From a virus (lineage: Duplodnaviria; Caudoviricetes): DNA of 58,859 nucleotides. The translations under genes were made by a program, and so were the position numbers. How positions within the stretch are numbered: the first letter of the stretch is position 1; each line of letters begins with the position of its first letter. The notes under the pieces were generated by a model. It was not told where the DNA came from. It saw only the letters and a list, made by a program, of their open reading frames with translations, and ran no database searches. Of the stretch, positions 29,201 through 36,126 are shown piece after piece. The DNA is taken from the IMG/VR virus record IMGVR_UViG_3300034073_004285, positions 1-58,859 of that record; one strand, written 5' to 3'.

Positions 29201-29552
29201 TGGGAAGGGTTTTAACTAGGCGATCTAAATCGACGGTAACAGTGATGCCGTTTTTCTTGCTATTAGTATTGACAGTGGTATTGGCTTTGTCAGATCCCGA
29301 TTTTACGGCCAACCCAGCCCGCAACCGCTCCAAACCAGAATCAGTGCGCTTCTGGAAGGAGACAGCAGCATTGATAGCCCCTTCTATAACCTCCAACTCC
29401 GAGCGAATATCGATCAGTGTGGCATTTTGATCTAATTGTGCGCCATACCGTTGGCGACCCACGCCCAACTGCCTAGAGCCAAGGGAGCCGGTTGTATTTC
29501 TGAGCCGTTCAACCGCATCAACGACTGCCACAAAACCACGATTATCAACCAT
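17253..29552 (-). CDS. Giant (~4100 aa) multi-enzyme tape measure protein
   Basis: Follows the tail tube and chaperone genes; tape-measure core (ALQQSLSKQKMSAEEVRGQLGE); C-terminal GFASGGYTG...AGIVHAGEFVL; embedded GHSFGG, YHGT, WYHAS, two HEYTH, HQGID/HLH and RlpA-like motifs. Confidence 0.9.
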   Translation of the reverse strand: MVDNRGFVAVVDAVERLRNTTGSLGSRQLGVGRQRYGAQLDQNATLIDIRSELEVIEGAINAAVSFQKRTDSGLERLRAGLAVKSGSDKANTTVNTNSKKNGITVTVDLDRLVKTLPKAIASEIRRQPLRIQTGFLEKVGQGLFQGLGNQFVKGFDRGTKKNIGINTESVGYGVGNFATNPVAGVKDAIKARRSWQTQNAALRDALLVADNAEKIKLDENRENVFTVGGVARRQGRAGSYVGREIKNEFGVQNVKTITVENPNTDVSLDMETIKGVYGALKKAKVDNATIGNIINGLQGLRFAVGQIDSMLVRGYNPDASQLAGQVIAAKRQNPQAKISLAGHSFGGLVVEEALAILQQAGITDVAGFGIATPDLGVGFNQQNYQSFLGEKDFVGQDMAVQVMRPDLLPETQRLTDEENAKLGGHELPQYLKHSAVAGALSSRLRPTTPNAVQERLAGEASQQAKELLSSIEGLNGPELDQLRSELLLLSSSLDAVNADPLNISPLQEAIAVLQEGMAGLSVTVEQLRQGLESLQAPLEQMGGRKKGTALSRQYADRLSEIVDSSRRSAGETVRTLIPNFKDMNLSQKRDTAAQYNKGLQGQVKAYRQAVQDGDRQLAAEIGEKLLADAQTVDQVYGDLLAALPSDYVGTKSLQSQRNQVKRIQNEVLKGDKGAGRVPVGLPDLVAESEGLADSGDNAAQSFIDSVRGKLAGVQSAGVGIGEALKAGVDDSLDMHSPSEEMRDRGEMAGDSFVSGLESTISEARAVVSEQMEGVLKELKAALEDANKYFDIATLNKPLTVYHGTSGRSAKAIRSKGFLRGDQLDDDAFRGGGHDVIQRSTSFSLSPKVAANFASQAQYYQDIPTILLATIKKGTKIALIKFGAEFAEDLEGEIEKVMKRLGISLAYLDAEKEVVSFEPSQLSLSKKQFAGSNPFKNPFTESNLDVSIQNAVDFLTKAVESQLAELKGAGVGIGEALKAGVDDSLDMHSPSEEMKDRGKNAGDSFGMGAVESLRDAGKAISAEVEKLKATIAKDLEYLRAVATGDTAKARRMVDKTAKNSVYGNQKWYHASKEGLNFTEFDQSYIRDLGFHFGTKDQAKEFGKAKPYFVNKGESLEVADLNDWQSDTVAWELGNKGIETPNLDSVKQSLSSGEYNAISTKMMDAWLFEKKAEREAAQTAWILDKEKDEQIPTTAEDLLNKKHLVEEAIWKDIQGAGYQSLSYLNKYEGNKRQNSLMVFNPNQIKSAKPVTTTDAGVPVPLSARFDDSVADIRGNVNDIFAGLKSQAGEALQPLIAELETQFAAMGDNSINSLIDSLEGLLGKLRGTGESVGQTLAQGTEDALGIDSPSKVYKAIGKDVIAGLEGGLEGFEGTLEEKRKLLETYVKSVIELVYDFKKVMGEAETPAQEVRKLFQEIGKAGNATPEQLTQAKGYFPQLGILANGGIAGASYDVLNNKILAREKASINDFIHEYTHALQFNLKGLPPNQEDYSVDELTRFSPSLSLSGWKELQKKPMPPRIAGGVKSSADHYVSLFPSAPPTDRDKLRTFAESIESEAYANAEGIESKFNRRKELRFSKRPFFRADAESVAPQIKQQKIRNRLQKQFDRATEDAPDKENLRSVFDFALLGYDTNKKSFNSEAFELAEQALSTEGLENYKKALSDIGINVTDSLTQSIEGDLGDVKDSGAAIGKALSQGTEDALQIDSPSKVFKAIGKQIIAGLESGLEGFEGTLEEKRKLLETYVKSVIEVVYDLPKVTGEAVTPAEKVRKLFQEIGKTGTATTAQLEEAKGYFPNLKQLPAGSPAAAVYQVRENKIVIDPKRGEQLPEDLIHEYTHAMQSRFGVGSRWADKPQDYLRYQGVLGRRAEMDDPRVKQSAGRSAQAFMGQLGIDSTDRRYQQGFDHIAAAEAEAYGNELGIGKERQRRGFFRAEAEEMAQQFRVLKAQAKRQAEEAKQTAAAVGQGFADGYEEGRKAILERINGFLDWLEGIPLLGQLVKWGRGIAGAIAGLFKGQEKATAAAKPKPTPKPQPKATATVKPTPAVADPWEEQPQPQPQITEPIKEAIDSQKQAERWLAYVHQWATELGEEFEVALDDEIEELKASGENVAQSLRSKIDNISQELDDKKAAFRQAIAKGNAEISKAIGTELVEQSEKLRVLFKKMAQNVKFFEGRGMWRDQAAEMTKLQREAVKGYPNVKGRAPVGVYQAIAESTSDGFTEGIEGELKEAENSGYALGEAAIKGAKKALGIKSPSREFYEMALQVVQGWNMGMEELGGDGENNIVRFIRQVDQGVAGGIDKIKEGFSGLFSKVGEAFPIFGQLKNLILGFGAAMILENVFTMAVQGFGAMAAGAFDTVIAFESLNRAFVAISGSSAKAETNLQFVANTAKKLGVDLKTAEDAYLGLLSTTRGTALEGTQTQQIFEAFSQTASVRGLSNEEQGRMFAALQQSLSKQKMSAEEVRGQLGEIAALDFQGTLARSLGVSVAQLDDLMSSGELLASDVMPKIAAQYAAENAVVANSSETTAQAIARYQNSLEQFRRSLSSWFDQAKVIFNGLSALIDWFTSAMPTVIQIVSALGLVLAWNSASLLAGFAKTAIAGALFKSAIAATMSVLKSALPVIGTYLGQIILIQLAIDAVTAAFNVTQDRFDEFTKSLDTAKKATIEMKKTLAELNNTASETKTLFTGRIVSEESWSPFGIDIKPLAEKVGIDPEAGMGQNIGKLARFGPLALMGKNANLEAIRQGVGLRTLGEKQFDDFLIKGGDSVFNAYSTLQEQIGAEKLVEDVKKIDEEINRIRTRRANLIKGDTEQYGKIVKEEQELLKERERLFKGTSAYATALEEDITTLKQGLEDLANIKAPESQKDSLRLSMETALADLEKTKQSYDDLSNSLQKSLSFLERQMRNLNEQYTAFNENLNRQATNNRVKFLRQATSQGTGTTVQGLGLGSLDSQATQERIVFLRKQVEEINSYLTEPKTAKLLEELAEQAKLEGTDLNNSATLDRLINDISPDSGERKSVAVMLKRMLEIQDELGQSEEQLAQSLLDQKNGLFDLSRSIQDFFQQLTLQIEETRLEIERVKNQMKYGRIRQKLQQAIAPGSNTFMNGIIGTIQGIFDQAGQLMEKAIGQKSSLLQFGSEKYSLENQMIDFGRSVNGATEAVEAFKAALGMGNAVLDGAGQTTATQSAIRGGRFYPLVNGQVGISSGQRYGANRDGGRRKHQGIDFNAAVGEAVHSVAAGTIKEIKLWDKKVNSHKIVVIGDDGVTYVYGHVVPKNIKEGQRVGAGDRLASISAKDRLSSGPHLHFETWRNGKSFDPTSMVSGLPRPTQSNLAKAPTQTVANAPSGMQPTGKTRTAKASFYGGPTDPTRWHGRKTASGEVYDENGLTVAVPWRSKTDKRPSIPFGTYLLVTNPANGKQVVVRVTDTGNFGTDAQYGGRGLDLSYGAAKALGTIQSGVANVNYQTVSPGAKPQPVATSVSYNQPSATPPAISTVPDPAVQKAKSDTATLVGLKKAVVDGNAELLNQEFKDFRINSAAEILGAGVQLDQELRNLGNDVADLKNQFADLDDQYSPQTLSRQAAAENRQAENQLRQLTNQLTEREIVLKQAIATMTDFAPALREASSQLGIAPEAAANMRGLADRLESEFLPAYQKALAETQNYQAQLEPLRAKMQEFNQLQQAIRQTNQDAELAALKAQAAAETRQDLLKRDAEIERANVEFKKQSLELSTRLEGDELAKQLKYHEQIRDAQIVTANYEYDSLLRARELEIVQGKLAIAVFNGNIEQQLKLELQQIELETLTEIARINREITDETTKQTMLAQTLETSQNRQKQAYFDDVNRRLELQNIERDLAARNAENRANLTTNPFEATAIREQQAIAARRAEFEQKAIELRQKYQGNPALAESLVSREAEILAQDLQLIDRQFRDVSETVGDMLSGAFNNFFTALINGENAIQAFTNSLLQSITELGSQMIQQGLNGLFGGIFEGAIPGFASGGYTGNGDRLQPAGIVHAGEFVLNKKATQKIGLPTLNLLNRLPGYFDGGYVGLESRLLSGLNTYQSPRLSLPDNGDRRGMAGATTNTVNVNINDKESRFYRQSRTLAREMASELRNV

Positions 29553-29826
29553 TGCCCCCAAGCCCCTTTAGTGTTTTTTGAATGCTTTTTTTGTCCCCTT
29601 GAGCGGCCACACTAGTCAGAATTAATTGACTACGCCTATCCTCCGCCTCCAACTCCATAGCGCACTCCAAAAAGAGTTTGATTTGGGGGTAGGTGTAATT
29701 CCTAATCTCTGACCAGCTATGACCGGCCCTGATTAATCGGCTGATTCTAATACCCCAGTCTTCGGCGTTTCCGCTTTGACCTCCTCTTTTTTGGGTTGCA
29801 CGATCGCCATTAGTTTCGGAAAAAAA
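29545..29826 (-). CDS. Tail assembly chaperone C-terminal extension (gpGT-like), reached by -1 frameshift
   Basis: T TTT TTT slippery run at 29820-29826. The -1 frame is open through DWGIRISRLIRAGHSWSEIRNYTYPQIKLFL to a TGA overlapping the tape measure start. Confidence 0.75.
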   Translation of the reverse strand, partial: FFSETNGDRATQKRGGQSGNAEDWGIRISRLIRAGHSWSEIRNYTYPQIKLFLECAMELEAEDRRSQLILTSVAAQGDKKSIQKTLKGLGGNG

Positions 29827-30173
29827 TCCATGTTCTGTTTCAGAACTTCTGCCATCAAACTTAGGACTTCATCGTGCCCCAGTTCTTGCAATTTTTCTTT
29901 TTCTACGCCAGAGCAAACGTGGAGAATATGCAACATATCACCGGCGATCGCCGCCTTACTTTCCCCACAACCAAGGATGGCGGAGAGTAAGGCGAAATTG
30001 TCTTGATTAGCGGTTTCATCCCCCAGTACTTTGAAGTAACGATCAATGATGGCGATCGCCTCAGCACCTTCATCGGTGAGGATTTTGATAGGGCCAATTT
30101 TCACGTCACCAACGGAAGTTTTGAATGTTTTGGTGGGTACAAGAACGGTTAATTGAGAAGCCATATTGTTCAC
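29733..30173 (-). CDS. Tail assembly chaperone (gpG-like)
   Basis: Position between the tail tube and tape measure genes; NMDFF slippery site. Confidence 0.78.
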   Translation of the reverse strand: MNNMASQLTVLVPTKTFKTSVGDVKIGPIKILTDEGAEAIAIIDRYFKVLGDETANQDNFALLSAILGCGESKAAIAGDMLHILHVCSGVEKEKLQELGHDEVLSLMAEVLKQNMDFFPKLMAIVQPKKEEVKAETPKTGVLESAD

Positions 30174-30215
30174 AGAATAAAGGTTAAAAAGAGGGGGAAT
30201 TATCCCCCATTGGGA

Positions 30216-30980
30216 TTAGTCTTGGATCACGTAGTTGCCATAGCCGCCGAGGTTAGAAGACGCTTGGAGGGGTTCAAATAGGCACTCAAAAGTGGCGGTC
30301 ATGGTGACGATTTCATCCCCTAACAAATTGCCGAGGCTAGCGGGGTCAAAAGAGACCTTGAACAGTTCAACAGAAACCCGTTTGCGGTTAACGGTATTGA
30401 AGCCGTTGAAGTAGAGGTAATATTCCTTGAACTGGGAACCAAATAAATCCACCTGAGTTGCGTCACCACTGGTGTAATTGACTAAAATAGGATCGCCAGC
30501 CAAGGTGGAACCTTCAGGAACATAGATCACCCGTCCGTCCACAACGTAATCGTCACCAGCGGTGAACGTGGTGCCAGCAGGGTCACTGGTGATAGAGGTA
30601 ACGGCAGTGACGATCGCCGAGGTCAAAAGAAAGGCCTTACCAGCGGCAGGGGCGGTGTGCGACTCAGCAGAAACGGTGGCACCAGATACGGCAGTTAGTT
30701 TGCCGCGCATGAAGTCGCGGAAATTGGTAGCTCCGGTGTTATCCAGAACAAGGTTGCCAGTGAGGGTAGTAGAACGGGGAATGCGCACGTCCTTGCGCCC
30801 ATCACCGGACTGGTGCTCCATGTGTTCCACGAATTCCTGACTAGGATCAAAAGTAAGCTCGGATGCGTCACCGATAAAGGTTAAGCCGGTGCTGGCTTTG
30901 GTGCCGGTGGTGAGGTCACGGTCAGCGATAAAAATAGTTCCAGAATTTCTCTGGTAGTATTCGGGTAGATTGAAGGCCAT
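30216..30980 (-). CDS. Major tail (tube) protein
   Basis: FIGDASELTF, VSVELFKVSFDP motifs; position. Confidence 0.8.
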   Translation of the reverse strand: MAFNLPEYYQRNSGTIFIADRDLTTGTKASTGLTFIGDASELTFDPSQEFVEHMEHQSGDGRKDVRIPRSTTLTGNLVLDNTGATNFRDFMRGKLTAVSGATVSAESHTAPAAGKAFLLTSAIVTAVTSITSDPAGTTFTAGDDYVVDGRVIYVPEGSTLAGDPILVNYTSGDATQVDLFGSQFKEYYLYFNGFNTVNRKRVSVELFKVSFDPASLGNLLGDEIVTMTATFECLFEPLQASSNLGGYGNYVIQD

Positions 30981-31012
30981 TGGTAGCTCCCTCTGGGTTA
31001 ATTTCTACCCTC

Positions 31013-31048
31013 AGTTTGGATTTATACGCTGGTGTATAAATTGACAAT
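31013..31048. promoter_or_regulatory. Back-to-back pair of late-promoter-like motifs
   Basis: GTATAAATCCAAACT (minus, 31013-31027, tail tube gene) and GTATAAATTGACAAT (plus, 31034-31048). Confidence 0.68.
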
Positions 31049-31072
31049 CAGGAAAAAATTCCCCAGTGCGCC

Positions 31073-31489
31073 ATGCCCAACCATCCCAGTGAACCTAAAC
31101 AAGTGAGCGGAGTCGCTGAACAGCCGATCACGGTGGAGGCTATCAACGATATTTGGTTTTTGATCGTGGCACTGGCGGCGGTGGTGGCCTACTGTGTGCG
31201 GGTGGAGCTGAGCGTCCAGAACTGCGATCGCCGTATCAACAGAATTGAAACCGATGTTCGCGAACTGGAGAGCGATTTCGAGGACTCACTAGCAGAAGTG
31301 CGGAAGGCTTTTTCCGCTGAACTACAGGCGGCTCTGGAAAGTCAACGGGAATTTATAGCCGGTCAAACGGCTTTGATTTTAGAAAAAATCCACAATATCA
31401 AAGAGCAAACCGATCGCCAGGGGAAGGAACTGCGGGAGGTAGGCGGCTTGCTGAGCTATAAAAGACACCATAACGATCTTGAGGACTAA
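31073..31489 (+). CDS. Single-TM coiled-coil protein (possible lysis accessory)
   Basis: IWFLIVALAAVVAYCVRV TM segment then a coiled coil; own late-type motif. Confidence 0.55.
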   Translation: MPNHPSEPKQVSGVAEQPITVEAINDIWFLIVALAAVVAYCVRVELSVQNCDRRINRIETDVRELESDFEDSLAEVRKAFSAELQAALESQREFIAGQTALILEKIHNIKEQTDRQGKELREVGGLLSYKRHHNDLED

Positions 31490-31902
31490 TACCTGTATTC
31501 GATTTCTAGAGTCAGGGTACAACAAACGAACGGCTTCCCTTTCGCTTCTACTTGTTTACTTTCGGAGATGGGACGCACAGCGATCACGTTGCTGTACCAG
31601 TGTGTCTTCACCGTCGCCTGATAAATATCCTCCATCAGGTGACAGGAAACCTCCAGCTTGTCCGCTTGGGTGGTGACGGCGATCGCCTCCACTTCCACTA
31701 CCAGCCGGTTGGTTTGGCGGGTGTTAGCCCACTCGTAATTCGTGTCAATATCCCGAAAAGTCACCGAGGGTACACCGTTATAGTCTTGCTCGTAGGTGTC
31801 CCAATAGGTACAGGCAGAGCCTATTTCGGTGTTGTAACCGTTGGCCGTGGTGATTTTTTCCAGTTGGGTTTGCAGTGCTTGCAATAGTTCTAGTCTGAGC
31901 AT
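31486..31902 (-). CDS. Tail terminator / completion protein
   Basis: LEKITTANGYNTEIG N-terminal motif; ends LEIEYRY. A degenerate late motif GTATAAGTTGAGGAT lies at 31928-31942. Confidence 0.7.
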   Translation of the reverse strand: MLRLELLQALQTQLEKITTANGYNTEIGSACTYWDTYEQDYNGVPSVTFRDIDTNYEWANTRQTNRLVVEVEAIAVTTQADKLEVSCHLMEDIYQATVKTHWYSNVIAVRPISESKQVEAKGKPFVCCTLTLEIEYRY

Positions 31903-31994
31903 TTTTCTAGTTCTCTGATTTGCCTATATCCTCAACTTATACGGAGTTCCCCTGGCGCACCAGAGATAATAGTTAAAAGATTTTTTGAGCCAAC

Positions 31995-33119
31995 ATGAAA
32001 TTTTCTTGCAGTCAATCAGAATTAAACAACTCCCTCGGCTTAGTTTCCCGCGCTGTTTCTCCTCGTCCCACTCACCCTATATTGGGAAACATTCTGCTGG
32101 AAGTCGTCGGCGATCGCCTGACGTTAACCGGCTTTGATTTGTCGGTGGGGGTGCGGGTGGAGATGCCGGCAGAGGTGGAAAAAACTGGTGCGGTGACAGT
32201 GCCGGCCAAGCTATTCGCTGATATAGTGTCTCGTTTGAGCGATGATCTAACTGTCGAACTAGAAGGCGATAACCTAGAGCATTTTGCCAATCGGGTTATT
32301 ATTCGCTCCGAAAGTGGCCGGTTTGAGTTGGGAGGACTAGAGGCGGAGGAGTTTCCGTCTCTGCCAGAGGTAGCGGGGGAGGGGGTAACTCTGCCAGCAC
32401 AAGCTTTTTTGAAGGGACTGGCCGGTTCTGTGTTTGCCGCTAGCACCGACGACACCAAGCAGGTGTTAACAGGCGTGCATATCCACTCGGTAGAAGATGG
32501 GTTGGAGTTTGCCGCCACGGATGGACACCGCTTGGCAGTAATGACGGTGAACTGTGACAGTGTTCCCGATTTGGTGGTTACCCTCCCCGGCCGTGCTTTG
32601 CGAGAGTTGGAACGGTTGGCAGGTCAAGCAGAAGAAACCACCTTCTTTGCTGATGATACCCAAGCTGTCTTTGTAGCTGGCGATCGCCGTTTAACTTGTC
32701 GCAAGTTGGAGGGAGCCTATCCCAATTATCCCCAGTTGATACCGGCACAATTTAGCCGTGAGTTCACCGTCGATCGCCGTCGGTTGATCAGTGGCTTGGA
32801 GCGGGTAGCGGTGTTGGCTGATCAGAAGACTAACTTGGTTAAAATCTCCCTAGATACCAGTAACACACTGGAGCGTCTTTGTTTGGAGGTAGAGGGGAGG
32901 GATGTTGGTAATGGCCGGGATACTATGCCGGTGCAGGTTTTGCAGGGAACGGCAATCGAGATCGGTTTCAATCTGGGTTATCTGTTGCACGGTCTAAAGG
33001 CTTTTACCTGTCAAGAGGTGAAGATTTCTTGCAACGAGCCAACCCAGCCGGTGATTCTCTCCCCCCTCAACGGCGATCGGCAGATTTATTTGGTAATGCC
33101 GGTGCAAATTGTTCGGTAG
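31995..33119 (+). CDS. dnaN: DNA polymerase III beta sliding clamp, host-like
   Basis: SRAVSPRPTHPILGNILL, AATDGHRL, LEGAYPNYPQLIP, YLVMPVQI. Confidence 0.96.
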   Translation: MKFSCSQSELNNSLGLVSRAVSPRPTHPILGNILLEVVGDRLTLTGFDLSVGVRVEMPAEVEKTGAVTVPAKLFADIVSRLSDDLTVELEGDNLEHFANRVIIRSESGRFELGGLEAEEFPSLPEVAGEGVTLPAQAFLKGLAGSVFAASTDDTKQVLTGVHIHSVEDGLEFAATDGHRLAVMTVNCDSVPDLVVTLPGRALRELERLAGQAEETTFFADDTQAVFVAGDRRLTCRKLEGAYPNYPQLIPAQFSREFTVDRRRLISGLERVAVLADQKTNLVKISLDTSNTLERLCLEVEGRDVGNGRDTMPVQVLQGTAIEIGFNLGYLLHGLKAFTCQEVKISCNEPTQPVILSPLNGDRQIYLVMPVQIVR

Positions 33120-33472
33120 GGTTCTACCTTGATATGGGTTTCGGGTGGTTCGCCGCTATAAATTAGTTGAATTTTAAGGGACGGTATCCGTGTCAGATTA
33201 TCGTCCTTTATTATTCCCGCCTGCACCATTGCGTCAAGTATTGCCCCAGCGATGTTATCGGCATCTCCCCTCCGGCTGTGTTTGCCTATCAGGATTATTT
33301 CTATCGCTACTGGTTCGGCGATCGCCCCTCCGTGGTGTTGTTGGCGTAGTTCCCAGATGGCGTTGTTTTTCCAGTCCCGATAGTTTTGGGGGAGGTAGTG
33401 GCGTCCGGTGGATAATCCCCTTGGCCGTGCCTTGGGGATTATGGTGTCGGTTAGGGTGAAAGTGTGGGTCAT
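33086..33472 (-). CDS. rusA: RusA-family Holliday junction resolvase
   Basis: PKARPR, RGDADNIAGAILDAM, IKDD. Confidence 0.85.
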   Translation of the reverse strand: MTHTFTLTDTIIPKARPRGLSTGRHYLPQNYRDWKNNAIWELRQQHHGGAIAEPVAIEIILIGKHSRRGDADNIAGAILDAMVQAGIIKDDNLTRIPSLKIQLIYSGEPPETHIKVEPYRTICTGITK

Positions 33473-33649
33473 CTAACCCAAAAACACATAACCAACATTG
33501 ACAGCGTTTGCCTCATCTTCAGTGCTAACCATGACAGTGGATTGGGATTCCACCCCGTAAGCCTCAACAAGTACCTTGACAAACCAATGTTTATGATAAA
33601 AATATGGCTTGTCAATTACTTTCACGACAGTTAAATCAATCAAATTCAT
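33473..33649 (-). CDS. Hypothetical protein
   Basis: Short ORF (MNLIDLTVVK...) abutting rusA. Confidence 0.5.
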   Translation of the reverse strand: MNLIDLTVVKVIDKPYFYHKHWFVKVLVEAYGVESQSTVMVSTEDEANAVNVGYVFLG

Positions 33650-33700
33650 GATTATTCCCCAATCAATTTTTGGCGATGGTTCCCATTGCAAGTTCCCAAC

Positions 33701-33883
33701 TTAAGCATCTCGGATGATTTTCTCCAAGTTTTTGATTTGGGCTTCCTGCATAACAGCAAGACACTCCGTCACAGATTTACGGACTTCGTCGTGCATTAAA
33801 TCCAATGTGTTGTGTTCATTCCCTGTATCCATTGAGTCTAGGTACATAGATAGAATTTTGCAGACAAATTCAAGATTTCCCAT
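33701..33883 (-). CDS. Hypothetical protein
   Basis: Short ORF with GGGGAG RBS in the minus-strand run. Confidence 0.45.
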   Translation of the reverse strand: MGNLEFVCKILSMYLDSMDTGNEHNTLDLMHDEVRKSVTECLAVMQEAQIKNLEKIIRDA

Positions 33884-33899
33884 TAGATTTACTCCCCAA

Positions 33900-34595
33900 T
33901 TAATGTCTGACGACTAGCGTCGTGGTTTCTGGCAAGCGAACGTCGGGATAACAAGCCCGCCAAACGTCGTGATCGTAAAGGTTCTTGTATTCAAAGCGAG
34001 GACAGGGAACCCTTTTTATTTCGTAGCCTAGCCGATTACTCATTGCCTTTAGTGTTTGCCATTTAAAGCGGGATTCGCTGACGTTGTTAAACTTGGCCAC
34101 CCGAATAATGGAGGAGTAGTTGAACAGTTCATCTACGGCTTCGGATAGCTGTTCATTCTGTTCCTCTAGTAAAGCCTTTTCTGCCTGTGCCTTTTCCAGT
34201 TCCAGTGCCAGCCGTCCTGCTTCTAGCAAAGCCTGTGCATAAGTCTTGGGGACTGTCGGCTCCTGTGTTGGCACTAAGCTGGTTTGCCCAGTGGCCATTA
34301 AGTTGAAAATGTGGCTATCACACCAAACGGCAAAATCATCAGAAAGCCAGCGAGCTAAATTAATTGCAACGCTGGGATGTCCCCACGTTCCACCATTAAT
34401 CCCCTCCTCTGTGTAAACTACCTCAGATGTGAGGGAGTTTGAAAGCGTTGCCAGATAAGACTTTGTGCCTTTTAGCCGAAACCAGTTGTCTAGGCGAGCA
34501 CCATTGGCTTGGCACATTTGGGTTAGATTCACAAACCCATCATTGCGCCGCTGAATTAGTTGTCCGTTGTAGTCGAAATTCTGTAGGCTAGTCAT
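33900..34595 (-). CDS. KilA-N domain antirepressor-like protein
   Basis: DGFVNLTQMCQA, GGTWGHPSVAINLARWLS, PKTYAQAL. Confidence 0.88.
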   Translation of the reverse strand: MTSLQNFDYNGQLIQRRNDGFVNLTQMCQANGARLDNWFRLKGTKSYLATLSNSLTSEVVYTEEGINGGTWGHPSVAINLARWLSDDFAVWCDSHIFNLMATGQTSLVPTQEPTVPKTYAQALLEAGRLALELEKAQAEKALLEEQNEQLSEAVDELFNYSSIIRVAKFNNVSESRFKWQTLKAMSNRLGYEIKRVPCPRFEYKNLYDHDVWRACYPDVRLPETTTLVVRH

Positions 34596-34694
34596 AAGCC
34601 GATACCTCTCTGATAGGTGTTGGTAAAGTCCTCCCAGCCGCAAACTGGGGGGCATTCTATTATTTTAACCCCTCGCTATGGAAGGCGATCGCCG

Positions 34695-34985
34695 TCAGAT
34701 GTTGTCATCTCCTGAATAGTGAGGCGATCGCCGTTGAGTGGAAGGCTTAAGAGACTTAATTTCAGCCTCCAAAGCCTTGTTACGTTGAATCAGTTTTTTG
34801 AGCTTTTCATCATCAGAATCAGCCTTACTTCCCCGACGCATATAACCGGCGATCGCCCCCATGCCAAACTGAATAGAAGCCTGTGCCAGAGTGATAATCT
34901 CCCCCTGATACACCGCCGCAAAAACAAAAGCCACGGTGATAAACGCCACTAAAGCTAAGGCGATCGCGTCGTCGTCTAAACGCAT
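34695..34985 (-). CDS. Holin-like membrane protein
   Basis: Hydrophobic N-terminal segments and charged C terminus; directly after the endolysin. Confidence 0.6.
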   Translation of the reverse strand: MRLDDDAIALALVAFITVAFVFAAVYQGEIITLAQASIQFGMGAIAGYMRRGSKADSDDEKLKKLIQRNKALEAEIKSLKPSTQRRSPHYSGDDNI

Positions 34986-34987
34986 GG

Positions 34988-35965
34988 TTAATCCGTGGGA
35001 TAGGTAACAAACAGAGGTAGGCGGCTAACTCCCAACCCTTGGAGCTTCAGCATCTCCCCCTCAAAAGACTTGAACCGATCGCCACTCATGACAATGCACC
35101 CCATCGATCCGGGAGTGTTAGCGTCCCGATGGATACCCAAGTCAGAGCGCACCCCACCCTTGTCGGTTCTCACCTCAAACGGCAGGATCTTATAGAAATT
35201 CCCCTCCACTCCCTTGACTTTAATCAGGTTCACTGGTGCAGTTTCCACCCACCAACACCGCAGGCTAGGCACTCGGTACTCTGGCGGAATCGGGCCGCCC
35301 CGTGCGTGAAATCCCTCCGCTACCTGCTTAGTGCCGAGGGAGGTGGTAGCTACCCAAACCTGATGAGTTCGGCCACCTTCGGCTCCGACAGAACGCAGAG
35401 CCAAACGGCCATGCTCCAGACGATTATCACTATCCAGAGCCAGACAAAAATCCAGAAACCAGTAATTTGCGGGCATAGTAGCTTCCTCGGTAATTTGAAC
35501 ATTTTTCGGTGAAGGTGACGGCGATCGCCATAATTCAGCCTCTTTTTGCCGCCGTCTGGTCAGTCCCAGTAAGGGTTTGCCGTTGGCTTTGTCGTACAGC
35601 AACAACGCTTCTGGCACAGCACCCCAGTCCTTTTCCCTTAGTCGTTTGCTGAGGGTGTCAAAACCGTTGGAGCCATAGAAGCTAGATCCCAAATTCCAAG
35701 CAAAGCTAATTAGTGCCGCCTGTTGGTTTGGGTTCATTTCCTCCCAGAACGGTATTCCCCGCAGTTTTGGCAGGTACTCTGTTTTGACTTGTTCCCTCAA
35801 TAGGCGATCGGCGTCGGCTTCACCGGCTAATTTGTCTCCTTTCCTGACGGGACGGCCATTAATGCGGGTGAGTCCATGGCCAATCGTGTAAACGTTTGCC
35901 GGGCACAAATACGCCTCCAGCCTCAACCCTTCAAATTCTTTGATAATGGCGATCGCCGTTTCCAT
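34988..35965 (-). CDS. Endolysin: GH24 lysozyme plus C-terminal L,D-transpeptidase-like domain
   Basis: IKEFEGLRLEAYLCPANVYTIGHG, ALISFAWNLG, GLTRRRQKEAELW; C terminus GIHRDANTPGSMGCIV. Confidence 0.88.
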   Translation of the reverse strand: METAIAIIKEFEGLRLEAYLCPANVYTIGHGLTRINGRPVRKGDKLAGEADADRLLREQVKTEYLPKLRGIPFWEEMNPNQQAALISFAWNLGSSFYGSNGFDTLSKRLREKDWGAVPEALLLYDKANGKPLLGLTRRRQKEAELWRSPSPSPKNVQITEEATMPANYWFLDFCLALDSDNRLEHGRLALRSVGAEGGRTHQVWVATTSLGTKQVAEGFHARGGPIPPEYRVPSLRCWWVETAPVNLIKVKGVEGNFYKILPFEVRTDKGGVRSDLGIHRDANTPGSMGCIVMSGDRFKSFEGEMLKLQGLGVSRLPLFVTYPTD

Positions 35966-35989
35966 AGCCAAGGTGTTGTAGTTTCCCCC

Positions 35990-36004
35990 AGCTTGGATTT
36001 ATAC
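35990..36004 (-). promoter_or_regulatory. Late-promoter-like motif GTATAAATCCAAGCT
   Basis: Upstream of the endolysin gene. Confidence 0.7.
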
Positions 36005-36126
36005 GAGCAAAAAAAAGCCCCCGCCATCAGCAGGGAATAGGAGGTCTACAGCTATAAATTAATTTTAGCCCGCCCCACTGAACTACTCCAGAATTGCCGC
36101 CACAAAATCAGCAGGTAGATTGTCTA

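Noticed and set aside
17357-29430. Many plus-strand ORFs opposite the tape measure gene and other long genes
   Set aside because: Antisense shadow frames with no recognisable motifs or translation signals.
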